A stretch of 64,000 nt of DNA from Calditrichaceae bacterium (GTDB lineage Bacteria; Calditrichota; Calditrichia; RBG-13-44-9; J075). Location: the NCBI GenBank assembly GCA_013360445.1, contig JABWBP010000026.1, forward strand, positions 6,389 through 70,388, read 5' to 3'. Below the pieces are notes generated by a model. That model did not search any database and was not told the DNA's origin. It worked only from the letters and a program-made list of their open reading frames with translations. A program made the position numbers and the translations under genes. Of this stretch, positions 17,126 through 25,487 are shown piece by piece (position 1 is the first letter of the stretch; the number at the start of each line of letters is the position of its first letter).

Positions 17126-18415
17126 ATGCGCCGTTTTTGTTTTCTCTTCTCTCTCTTTTTATCCGGCCTGGCCGCCCCCCTTTATAGCCAGGAGCCGGCG
17201 GGATTCCCGATCCGCATCGAAAGAGTGATGGTGGTGGGCAATGAAAAAACCCGCGAGGAAGTGATCCTGCGGGAAATTCCCTTCCGTTTTCCCGACACCC
17301 TCAGCATGGAGGATTTGAACTCCATCCAGAACCGGATTACCAATTTATTTCTATTCAACCGGGTGGAATTGGCTATCATCGGGGAACCGGAACACGCCAT
17401 CCTGTTGATCCAGGTAACCGAATTCTGGTATATTTACCCCCTGCCGCTGCTGTTCATCAATGAACGGGACTGGGATAAGATCAGCTACGGTTTCCAGCTT
17501 TCCCACCGCAATTTTCGGGGCATGAACGAGCAGTTGACCGTGGGGGGATGGTTCGGCTATAACCCGGCGTTCTTTCTGCGCTATTACAATCCCTGGGTGG
17601 GGCGGCAATCCCGCTTCATGGTGGGACTCAATTTTTTTGGCAGAAAAGTAGGCAACAAATTTTATGATTTCGATGAAAGACACTTAGGGGGAACAATTAG
17701 CTTTGGCAAGCGCTTATCCTTGCATCGCTATCTCCAGGCCAGTGTGGAAGTAAAGCGAATCCAATTGCCGGAAGAGTTCAAAGAGTATTCCTTCTCCGGC
17801 AGCGGAACGGATTTGGTTCCCAAAATCATCCTGGAATACCGCCACGACCGCCGCGACCTGTTCGAATACCCCAGGAAGGGATTCCTGGTGAGTTGGAACG
17901 TCGCTCGCGCCGGCTTCAACCAACACCAGCCGAGTTTCTGGCGCTTTTCTTTTGACCACCGGGCGTATATAAAACCTTTCCAGCGGGTCAGCCTGGGCGC
18001 GCGTAATTTCCTGATGCTCAACTATGGGGAATTGCCGATCTACGACCGGGTGTTCATCGGCTACGGGGAGCGGATTCGCGGCTATTTCGACCGGGTGTTC
18101 ACCGCTCAAAACTTGATGACCTATAATTTTGAAACCCGCATCAGCATCCTGCCGGTTCGCTATCTCTCCTGGAATGAGGCTCCTCTCTTCGGGATGTTCT
18201 TTCAGCAGCTAAAATACGGCTTGAGCATGGGCATTTTTATGGACAGCGGGGTGGTGTGGAACCGCCGCGAAGAGCTGGCCCTCAACAATCACTTTACCGG
18301 CTACGGGGCGGGGCTGCACTTTCACCTGCCTTACATACACGTGCTGCGCCTCGACCACGCCTGGAATGACCGGGGACAGGGGGAATGGATTATTGAGGTA
18401 GGGGTGGTTTTTTGA
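17126..18415 (+). CDS. Omp85/BamA-family outer-membrane protein (POTRA + beta-barrel)
   Basis: The track ORF starts at 17060. I prefer ATG 17126, which gives the signal peptide MRRFCFLFSLFLSGLAAPLYSQ. POTRA-like IERVMVVGNEKTREEVILREIPF. The barrel ends ...EWIIEVGVVF with a terminal aromatic residue. Confidence 0.65.
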   Translation: MRRFCFLFSLFLSGLAAPLYSQEPAGFPIRIERVMVVGNEKTREEVILREIPFRFPDTLSMEDLNSIQNRITNLFLFNRVELAIIGEPEHAILLIQVTEFWYIYPLPLLFINERDWDKISYGFQLSHRNFRGMNEQLTVGGWFGYNPAFFLRYYNPWVGRQSRFMVGLNFFGRKVGNKFYDFDERHLGGTISFGKRLSLHRYLQASVEVKRIQLPEEFKEYSFSGSGTDLVPKIILEYRHDRRDLFEYPRKGFLVSWNVARAGFNQHQPSFWRFSFDHRAYIKPFQRVSLGARNFLMLNYGELPIYDRVFIGYGERIRGYFDRVFTAQNLMTYNFETRISILPVRYLSWNEAPLFGMFFQQLKYGLSMGIFMDSGVVWNRREELALNNHFTGYGAGLHFHLPYIHVLRLDHAWNDRGQGEWIIEVGVVF

Positions 18416-18420
18416 TTTCG

Positions 18421-18470
18421 GGTTGCCGATTGACGATTAACGATTAGTAATTGAGAATTGGCGATTGGGG
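18421..18470. repeat. Stutter repeat ('gattg/aattg' words) directly after the stop codon
   Basis: ggttgccgattgacgattaacgattagtaattgagaattggcgattgggg. Shares the 12-mer aattgagaattg with 19721-19732. Confidence 0.7.
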
Positions 18471-18563
18471 CAGGTTTTTTTCTGGCAGAATGATGGATTG
18501 GCAGAATAATTTTTCTATCATTCTGCCGGATAATTACTTTGCCAAAGCAGAGAAAATGGCCGC

Positions 18564-19277
18564 ATGGAATTCTTTTATTGCGTCGATTTGTCGGATGTTT
18601 CCGAAGTTGTTCAACTTTCCGGGGAGGAAAGCCACCACCTGCGGCGGGTGTTTCGCAAGCGCCGCGGCGACCTGATCGCCCTTAGCAACGGAAAAGGCCT
18701 TCTGGCCGAGGCAGTGATTGAAAAAGATTCCGCCCAAAAGATCTCCTGCCGAATCCGCAATCTCCGCAAAATTCTCCCGCCCCCGGAGCGGCGGATTCAC
18801 CTCGCCCTCTCCCTTATCCGCCCCAACCGGATGGACTGGGCGGTGGAAAAATTGGCCGAATTGGGGGCCGGCTCCATTCAGCCGCTGCTGTGCCGTTTTA
18901 GCAGCATAAAGACCTTCAAAGCTGAACACCTGCGCAAAATTGCCGTCAGCGCCATGAAGCAGAGCGAGCAAGCCTATCTGCCGGAGCTGCTCTCCCCACT
19001 CAGCTTCGAAAAATTCCTCCGGCAGCTTCCGCCCCCGGAAAGCCGGCTGCGGTTGATCGCCCACCGCGCGGAGGAGGCCGTTTCTTTCAAGGAAATTGCC
19101 GTGAAGCCGGGGCAGGAAATCCTGATCGCCGTTGGCCCGGAGGGCGGTTTTTCAGAAGAAGAGGTAACGCAGGCTCGGGAAAGCGGGTTTCGACCCCTTA
19201 AATTGGCCGGCCAGATTCTGCGCGCCGAAACCGCCGCGGTGGTCGCCGTTGCGCAGGCAAAATTACATTTGCTGTAG
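18564..19277 (+). CDS. rsmE: 16S rRNA (uracil1498-N3)-methyltransferase RsmE
   Basis: 237 aa. N-terminal GEESHHLRRVFRKRRGD and the SPOUT motif IAVGPEGGFSEEE. Confidence 0.85.
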   Translation: MEFFYCVDLSDVSEVVQLSGEESHHLRRVFRKRRGDLIALSNGKGLLAEAVIEKDSAQKISCRIRNLRKILPPPERRIHLALSLIRPNRMDWAVEKLAELGAGSIQPLLCRFSSIKTFKAEHLRKIAVSAMKQSEQAYLPELLSPLSFEKFLRQLPPPESRLRLIAHRAEEAVSFKEIAVKPGQEILIAVGPEGGFSEEEVTQARESGFRPLKLAGQILRAETAAVVAVAQAKLHLL

Positions 19278-19351
19278 GCAAAAAACCGCCGAAAGATTAT
19301 ATTCGAGGCGGCAGAAAACAAGAACCGGAAACCCGTAATCAGGTACCAGTT

Positions 19352-19696
19352 ATGCCCGACTGTATTTTCTGCAAAATCGTGCGCGGCGAGATCCCCTCTC
19401 GCAAGGTCTATGAGGATGATGAGGTTCTGGCTTTTCACGATCTTTCCCCCCAGGCCCCGGTTCACGTGCTGTTGATTCCCAAACTGCACGTTGCCAGGAT
19501 CGCGGACCTGGAGGACCATCACGAACCGCTGTTAGGCCGGCTGATAATCGCTGCCAATAAGGTGGCCGGGCAGTTGAATATCAAAGAATCCGGATTCCGC
19601 CTGGTGATCAACAACGGTGAAAACGCGAACCAGACCGTCTTCCACCTGCATCTGCACCTGTTGGGCGGGCGGCGGTTTACCTGGCCGCCGGGATGA
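19352..19696 (+). CDS. HIT-family nucleotide hydrolase (HinT-like)
   Basis: 114 aa. CIFCKIVRGEIP and the histidine triad HLHLHLLGG. Confidence 0.85.
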   Translation: MPDCIFCKIVRGEIPSRKVYEDDEVLAFHDLSPQAPVHVLLIPKLHVARIADLEDHHEPLLGRLIIAANKVAGQLNIKESGFRLVINNGENANQTVFHLHLHLLGGRRFTWPPG

Positions 19697-19709
19697 AATT
19701 TCCATTAAA

Positions 19710-19748
19710 TGGCAATTACCAATTGAGAATTGCCAATTGGCAATTAAA
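19710..19748. repeat. Stutter repeat ('caattg/gcaatt' words) after the HIT gene stop
   Basis: tggcaattaccaattgagaattgccaattggcaattaa. Shares aattgagaattg with 18447-18458 and aattaccaattg with 41422-41433. Confidence 0.7.
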
Positions 19749-19779
19749 GAGGCTATCATTCGTGCAGGCTTTTCCATCT

Positions 19780-20181
19780 ATGAAAGAGTTGATCGTTATC
19801 GGCGACCGGGTGCTGGTGAAACAGGACGAAGCCGAAGAGAAGACCGAAGTCGGCCTGTACCTGCCCCAAACCGTAAAAGACCGGGATGAAGTGCTGCGCG
19901 GCCATATCATCAAAACCGGGCCGGGCATTCCCCTGGCGGACCCCTCCGCCCCGGGCGATGAGCCCTGGAGCGCCTCCCCCGGCCCGGCTCCCCGCCACTT
20001 GCCGATGGAAGCCCGGGAGGGCGACTACGCCCTGTTCCTGCGCAAAGCCGCAGTGGAGATCAAGTACGAGGGGGAAAAATTTTTCATCGTTCCCCAGAGC
20101 GCCATTTTGCTGCTCATCCGGGAGACGGGGGAATCCTCCCCCGGCCCCGGCAAATCATCCCTGGACCTGAATTTCGAATAG
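19780..20181 (+). CDS. GroES/Cpn10-family protein with internal insertion and C-terminal tail
   Basis: The track ORF starts at 19693 inside the stutter repeat. ATG 19780 gives MKELIVIGDRVLVKQDEAEEKTEVGLYLPQTVKD...GHIIKTGPG...EGDYALF...FFIVPQSAILLLI, which is colinear with GroES. A ~25-aa Pro-rich insert lies between GPG and EGD. Confidence 0.6.
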   Translation: MKELIVIGDRVLVKQDEAEEKTEVGLYLPQTVKDRDEVLRGHIIKTGPGIPLADPSAPGDEPWSASPGPAPRHLPMEAREGDYALFLRKAAVEIKYEGEKFFIVPQSAILLLIRETGESSPGPGKSSLDLNFE

Positions 20182-20265
20182 GAGCTGATCACACTTGTTG
20201 CGAAATATTAATTTTGAGCCGGCTTGTTCAAAAATCGGCCATGAATCCAATCCCGGAAGGACGGG

Positions 20266-20329
20266 AAACACGAATAGAAACAAACGATTTCTGAAAAACC
20301 CATTCGTGAAAATTCGTGTGCATTCGTGG
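20266..20329. repeat. Stutter repeat: cacgaat ... (c)attcgtg x3
   Basis: cacgaat at 20266-20272, then cattcgtgaaaattcgtgtgcattcgtgg at 20301-20329. Overlaps the possible 5' end of the next gene. Confidence 0.6.
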
Positions 20330-21748
20330 CTTTTTTCTTGTTTTGCAACAACCCCATTGTTCCTGCTTCTCCAACTCATATCCATCCTTTTACTCATGAA
20401 TCCGGATTCGCTGATGGCTCAACCTGATCAACCCGACCGCCAGGAGCGCTACCTGCAAACCGCAACTGCCTTTGTGGAGAAAGCGCTGACAGAACAAAAA
20501 GGCTATCGCTGGCTGGGAGAGCTTTGCGAAATCGGCCCGCGGCTGAGCGGTTCCGAAAACTCCCTGAAAGCGATTCACTGGGCGAAGGCCAAAATGGAGG
20601 CGCTGGGCTTCGACCGGGTCATTTTACAGCCGGTAATGGTGCCCCGCTGGGTGCGCGGCAAAGTGGAGGAAGCCCGCGTCATCGAATCGGCGCGCGTCAA
20701 AGGCAGAAAACTCGCCGTTACCGCGCTGGGCGGCAGCATCGCCACGCCGCGGGAGGGGATTAGCGCGGAAGTGGTGGAAGTAAAGGATTTTGCGGAGCTG
20801 GCCGCCTTAGGCGAGAAAGCGCGCGGCAAGATCGTGTTTTTCAACCGCCCCTTTGCGCAGCAGCTCACCAATACCTTTGCCGGGTACGGAAAAACCGTGG
20901 ATCAGCGGGTATATGGCGCGGTGGAGGCCGCCCAGGCCGGGGGCGTGGCGGCGCTGGTGCGCTCGGTGACCACGCGCTATGACAACGTGCCCCACACCGG
21001 CAGCGTGAACTACCGGGAAGGGGTTACGCAGATACCCGCGGCCGCCATCGGGCAAATCGACGCCGATTTCCTTAGCGCCGCGCTGAAGCAAGACCCCCAC
21101 CTGAAAGTGCGCCTCAAACTTTCCTGCCAGACCCTGCCGGACGCTCAATCCTACAACGTCATCGGCGACCTGCTCGGCTCGGAATTCCCGAAAGAGTACA
21201 TCGTGCTGGCCGGGCATTTTGATAGCTGGGACAAAGGCTGCGGGGCGCATGACGATGGGGCCGGCTGCCTTCAGGCGCTGGAAGCGCTGGATTTGTTCAA
21301 ACGGCTGGATTTGCGCCCCAGGCGCACTCTTCGCTGCGTGTTTTATATCAATGAAGAAAACGGCATCCGCGGGGCGCTGAAATACGCCCGGGAGGCCGAC
21401 AGCCTGGGTCTCAAACACCTCGCCGCCATCGAATCCGACCGCGGCGCCTTTGCGCCCCGGGGATTCAGCGTGGAGGGAGATTCCGCGGTGATCGCGCGGA
21501 TGAACGCCTGGCTGCCCTACCTGCAGAAAGCAGATATCGAATGGGTGAGGCCGGGCGGCAGCGGGGTGGATGTCTCCCAGATCAAAAACGCCAAAGCCCT
21601 GATCGGCTACGTGCCCGACAGCCAGCGATATTTCGATTTTCATCACTCCGACAACGACGTTTACGAAGCGGTAAATCCCCGGGAAATGCAGATGGGGGCG
21701 GCGGCCATGGCCATATTGGCGTATCTGCTGAGTGAAGAAGGGTTATAA
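20306..21748 (+). CDS. M28-family metallo-aminopeptidase (secreted)
   Basis: Zn-ligand block GHFDSWDKGCGAHDDGAG. The start is uncertain. GTG 20306 gives a signal-like MKIRVHSWLFSCFATTPLFLLLQLISILLL. Alternatives are ATG 20396 and the track start 20195. Confidence 0.75.
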   Translation: MKIRVHSWLFSCFATTPLFLLLQLISILLLMNPDSLMAQPDQPDRQERYLQTATAFVEKALTEQKGYRWLGELCEIGPRLSGSENSLKAIHWAKAKMEALGFDRVILQPVMVPRWVRGKVEEARVIESARVKGRKLAVTALGGSIATPREGISAEVVEVKDFAELAALGEKARGKIVFFNRPFAQQLTNTFAGYGKTVDQRVYGAVEAAQAGGVAALVRSVTTRYDNVPHTGSVNYREGVTQIPAAAIGQIDADFLSAALKQDPHLKVRLKLSCQTLPDAQSYNVIGDLLGSEFPKEYIVLAGHFDSWDKGCGAHDDGAGCLQALEALDLFKRLDLRPRRTLRCVFYINEENGIRGALKYAREADSLGLKHLAAIESDRGAFAPRGFSVEGDSAVIARMNAWLPYLQKADIEWVRPGGSGVDVSQIKNAKALIGYVPDSQRYFDFHHSDNDVYEAVNPREMQMGAAAMAILAYLLSEEGL

Positions 21749-21768
21749 ATTGGCAATTGATAATTAAC
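21748..21768. repeat. Short 'aattg' stutter after the M28 gene stop
   Basis: aattggcaattgataattaac. Same word family as 18421-18470 and 19710-19748. Confidence 0.55.
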
Positions 21769-21852
21769 CATCATCCTGTTTCCCCATTTGCGCCGGGGAG
21801 TTTTTTGGGTTAATATCAACTCCAGACGATTTCAACATGGCGGAGGTAAAAA

Positions 21853-22104
21853 ATGACGAAAAAATTGGCAGAATTATTTGAACAAATGACCGCGGAAGAA
21901 CAAGCAGAGATAGAAACATTTGCTCTTTTTTTGATTACCCGGCGAAAATTACACCGGCAAAAACTTCTTACCGATGATATTTCAATACAAGAATTAATGC
22001 ATTTAGTGGAGAGCGCCGGAAGTTTTGACTGGCTGGCCTCGGAAGCAGAAGATGTTTATTCTTTGAAGGATGGAGATGCAGTGAAATGGCCGAAAAAGTC
22101 ATAA
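21853..22104 (+). CDS. Putative antitoxin (DUF2281-like) of the MazF pair
   Basis: 83 aa, acidic. Overlaps the toxin gene by 19 bp. EIETFALFLITRR resembles DUF2281 antitoxins (tentative). Confidence 0.5.
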   Translation: MTKKLAELFEQMTAEEQAEIETFALFLITRRKLHRQKLLTDDISIQELMHLVESAGSFDWLASEAEDVYSLKDGDAVKWPKKS

Positions 22105-22448
22105 CTCGTGGCAGTATAGTGCTGGTTAGTTATCCATTTACCGACTTAAGCGGCTCTAAAGTGCGGCCGGCAGTGTTGCTGACACCGAAATTTTTGTTGA
22201 ATAAAATTGATGACATACTTTGTCTGTTTATCTCTTCCATCATACCCGCTGATTTGCTCCCCACTGATTTTATATTAGATGTCGATCATCCGGCATTTTC
22301 AGATACCGGCCTAAAATACCGATCGGTATTCAGATCCCAAAAGCTGGCGCTCCTCGATAAATCGTTGGTAGCACGAATACTGGGAAAATTGAATGATGAA
22401 TTGATGGAAGAAATCAACCAGCGACTACGCATCGCAATTGGGCTTTAA
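22086..22448 (+). CDS. PemK/MazF-family toxin (endoribonuclease)
   Basis: 120 aa. RGSIVLVSYPFTDLSGSKVRPAVLLT is the characteristic MazF/PemK N-terminal signature. Confidence 0.75.
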   Translation: MAEKVITRGSIVLVSYPFTDLSGSKVRPAVLLTPKFLLNKIDDILCLFISSIIPADLLPTDFILDVDHPAFSDTGLKYRSVFRSQKLALLDKSLVARILGKLNDELMEEINQRLRIAIGL

Positions 22449-22538
22449 TTTTAATCATCCCTGTTTGCAGCCCTGGCTTTGGGGGCAATCTTAACTCCTC
22501 TTCAAACAGCGGAAACGGCCAGGCAAACCGGAGAAATC

Positions 22539-24785
22539 ATGCACCAACCCCCCGTCACCTTGACCCTCGCGCTCCAGCACGGTTTGAGCGAGGAAGAGTT
22601 CGAGCGCATTCAAAAAATCCTCGGCAGAACCCCCAATTTTACCGAATTGGGCATTTTTTCGGTCATGTGGAGCGAGCACTGCTCCTATAAAAATTCCATC
22701 GCCGAATTGAAGAAACTGCCCCGCTCCGGCGGGCGCCTGCTGGTGAGCGCCGGGGAGGAGAACGCCGGGCTGGTGGACATCGGCGGCGGTCTGGCGGTCT
22801 GCTTCAAAATCGAGAGCCACAACCACCCCTCCGCGGTGGAGCCGTACCAGGGCGCGGCTACCGGGGTAGGCGGGATCATGCGCGATATTTTCACCATGGG
22901 CGCCCGGCCCATCGCGGCGCTCAACTCCCTGCGCTTCGGCCGGCTGGAAAACGCCCGCAACCGCTATCTCTTCGACGGGGTGGTGCGCGGAATCGCCGAT
23001 TACGGCAACTGCTTAGGCGTTCCCACCGTCGCCGGAGAGGTTTATTTCGAAGACTGCTACGACGGCAATCCCTTAGTCAACGCCATGACCGTGGGCATCG
23101 TGGCGCAACGGCAAACCGCCTCGGCCATTGCCAAAGGGGATGGCAATCCGGTCTTCATTATCGGCTCCCGCACCGGGCGGGACGGCATTCACGGGGCGAC
23201 TTTCGCCTCCGAAGAACTCTCCGAAGATTCCGAAGCCAAACGCCCCAACGTGCAGGTGGGCGACCCCTTCGCGGAAAAACTGCTCTTGGAAGCGACCTTA
23301 GAGATGATTCAGGCGGGAATTTTGGTGGGCATTCAGGATATGGGCGCGGCGGGCATCACCTGCTCCACTACGGAGATGAGCGCCAAAGGCGGCAGCGGAA
23401 TGATCATCGACCTCGACAAAGTGCCGGTGCGGGAAGAGGGGATGAGCGCTTACGAAATCATGCTCTCCGAATCCCAGGAGCGCATGTTGGCGGTGGTAAA
23501 AAAGGGGTGCGAAGCGGAGGCCCGGGCAATTTGCGACAAGTGGGACCTGCTCTGCGCGGAAATTGGCCGGGTCATCGCTGAACCGCTCTTGAAAGTGTTC
23601 TACCGGGGCGAGCAGGTCGCCGAAATCCCGCCTCACGAATGCGTATTGGGCGGCGGCGCGCCGGTGTACCATCGCGAATACCGTAAACCCGCTTATATCG
23701 ACGAAGCGCAGCGCTTCGATTTTTCCACGTTGCCCGCGGTGGAAAATCTGCAAACTGCCTTTCTGAAAGTGTTTTCTTCCCCCAACGTCGTCTCCAAACA
23801 CTGGGTTTACGAGCAGTACGACACCCAGGTGCAGGCCAACACCACCCTGCTGCCCGGCGGAGACGCCGCGGTGGTGCGCATCCTCACCCCCGATGGCAAG
23901 GATACCAACAAAGCGATTGCCGCCAAAACCGATTGCAACGGGCGCTACGTGTACCTGAATCCCCGGCGCGGGGCGCAAATCGCCGTAGTGGAATCCGCCC
24001 GCAACGTGGTTGCGACCGGCGCTCAGCCCCTGGCCGTCACCAACTGCCTGAATTTCGGCAATCCCTACAAGCCGGAGATGTTCTACCTCTTCCGGGAAGC
24101 GGTGGCGGGCATGGGGGAGGCCTGCCGGGCGCTGGAAACCCCGGTTACCGGCGGGAACGTCAGTTTTTACAATGAAAGCCCGGAAAATGCGGTTTATCCC
24201 ACTCCCACCATCGGAATGGTGGGGCTGGTAGAAGACCTCGCCCACCTTACCCCGGCGTATTTCCGGCAGGAAGGCGATTTGATTTATCTGGTCGGTGAGA
24301 CGAAGGCGGAAATCGGCGGAAGTGAATTTCTCAAAGAATATTACGGCTTAGTAACCGGCGACATTCCCTCGCTGGATTTGGAGTTGGAAAAGAAAACCCA
24401 GCAGGCCCTGCTGGCCGCCATTCGCCGGGGCTGGATTCGCTCCGCGCACGACGTTTCCGACGGCGGCCTGGCTGCGGCGCTGGCGGAGTGCTGCATCATC
24501 AACCGGGAAAAACCCTCAGGCGCGACGGTGAAGGTGGATTTTGGAGCGATGCGCCCGGAATGGTTTTTGTTCAGCGAGAGCCAGTCGCGCTTTATCGTTT
24601 CCGTTTCAGCGGAGCACCGCAAGGGATTGGAAACATTTTTCAAATCTCAGCTACTGCCGTTAACCTACCTGGGGGCAGTGGGTGGAAAGCGACTGAAGAT
24701 CAACGAGGTGCTTGATCTTCCCCTTGAGAAGTTGAGCGAGATTTATTTTGAGACGATGGGAAGAATGATGGAGACGGAAGCTTAA
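22539..24785 (+). CDS. purL: Phosphoribosylformylglycinamidine synthase subunit PurL
   Basis: ATG 22539 preceded by ggaga (track start 22479). Motifs [14 protein letters not shown] and [21 protein letters not shown]. About 748 aa. Confidence 0.9.
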   Translation: MHQPPVTLTLALQHGLSEEEFERIQKILGRTPNFTELGIFSVMWSEHCSYKNSIAELKKLPRSGGRLLVSAGEENAGLVDIGGGLAVCFKIESHNHPSAVEPYQGAATGVGGIMRDIFTMGARPIAALNSLRFGRLENARNRYLFDGVVRGIADYGNCLGVPTVAGEVYFEDCYDGNPLVNAMTVGIVAQRQTASAIAKGDGNPVFIIGSRTGRDGIHGATFASEELSEDSEAKRPNVQVGDPFAEKLLLEATLEMIQAGILVGIQDMGAAGITCSTTEMSAKGGSGMIIDLDKVPVREEGMSAYEIMLSESQERMLAVVKKGCEAEARAICDKWDLLCAEIGRVIAEPLLKVFYRGEQVAEIPPHECVLGGGAPVYHREYRKPAYIDEAQRFDFSTLPAVENLQTAFLKVFSSPNVVSKHWVYEQYDTQVQANTTLLPGGDAAVVRILTPDGKDTNKAIAAKTDCNGRYVYLNPRRGAQIAVVESARNVVATGAQPLAVTNCLNFGNPYKPEMFYLFREAVAGMGEACRALETPVTGGNVSFYNESPENAVYPTPTIGMVGLVEDLAHLTPAYFRQEGDLIYLVGETKAEIGGSEFLKEYYGLVTGDIPSLDLELEKKTQQALLAAIRRGWIRSAHDVSDGGLAAALAECCIINREKPSGATVKVDFGAMRPEWFLFSESQSRFIVSVSAEHRKGLETFFKSQLLPLTYLGAVGGKRLKINEVLDLPLEKLSEIYFETMGRMMETEA

Positions 24786-24794
24786 CGTTCGTGC

Positions 24795-25178
24795 TCAGGC
24801 AAGAGTTATCAGCCCGTTGGAAAAATCAATCGTTAGCGTCCGGCCTTGCAAAAAGTCTAAACCTAAGGCTCCGTCAACGCCTGCACTGGCTGGCAGCGTA
24901 TGGCACAGGACGGGAAAACCTTTCTTTTCCTGTCCCAAAGCCGTGATCTTTTGTAAGGTAACGCGTGGCACGAACTCAACGCCGCTGCCGGTAGTGACCT
25001 GGAAACGTTCCTCCTCCAGCGCCGGATCATAACCGATTGATACCAGCATTCCCACGTTAATCAAAGTGCTCGTCGCACCCGTGTCGAGCGCCAGTTGCAA
25101 AACAGCATTTCCAGAAGGCCCTTCCAGTTCTGCGCGCACGGTGATAAGTCCATACTGGGGATCGAACGGAAAGCTCAT
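24795..25178 (-). CDS. Retropepsin-like (clan AA) single-domain aspartic protease
   Basis: 127 aa. Active-site LALDTGATSTLIN (DTGA). The C-terminal GLDFL...LTIDF is typical of bacterial retropepsin-like proteins. Confidence 0.7.
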   Translation of the reverse strand: MSFPFDPQYGLITVRAELEGPSGNAVLQLALDTGATSTLINVGMLVSIGYDPALEEERFQVTTGSGVEFVPRVTLQKITALGQEKKGFPVLCHTLPASAGVDGALGLDFLQGRTLTIDFSNGLITLA

Positions 25179-25402
25179 AAGACAATAGCAGTACCTTCGG
25201 GAATCGTGCCGGTATAGAGCATGGCAAAACGTTTAGATCGTAACTTTACCGCTTCACGATATACCTCGTCGCGATCCTTGCTGTGAAAGCGGACTTTTCC
25301 ACCTCTTACTTCCAGTAACTCATCCGTTTGCGGCTCTTCGACTAACACCCATTCCGAATCGTACAGCGCTTTAATTTCTGCAATGGTCAATACTTCATCC
25401 AT
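25175..25402 (-). CDS. Small protein partner of the retropepsin (DUF5678-like, tentative)
   Basis: 75 aa. Its stop overlaps the protease start by 4 bp (ATGA at 25175-25178). It has its own RBS (aaggagaaaa) and a possible promoter, TTGCCC-17-TATATT on the minus strand. Confidence 0.5.
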   Translation of the reverse strand: MDEVLTIAEIKALYDSEWVLVEEPQTDELLEVRGGKVRFHSKDRDEVYREAVKLRSKRFAMLYTGTIPEGTAIVL

Positions 25403-25487
25403 GCCCGATTTTCTCCTTAATTGGAATCAAAACCCTGTATATACCTTCGTTTGATAAAATATATTGATATTTCCCGATACGGGCAAT

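Noticed and set aside
20807-24245. Long antisense ORFs 20807-21646 (279 aa, opposite the M28 peptidase gene) and 23298-24245 (315 aa, opposite purL)
   Set aside because: The sense-strand proteins are unambiguous enzymes. The antisense ORFs are shadow frames of GC3-rich genes.
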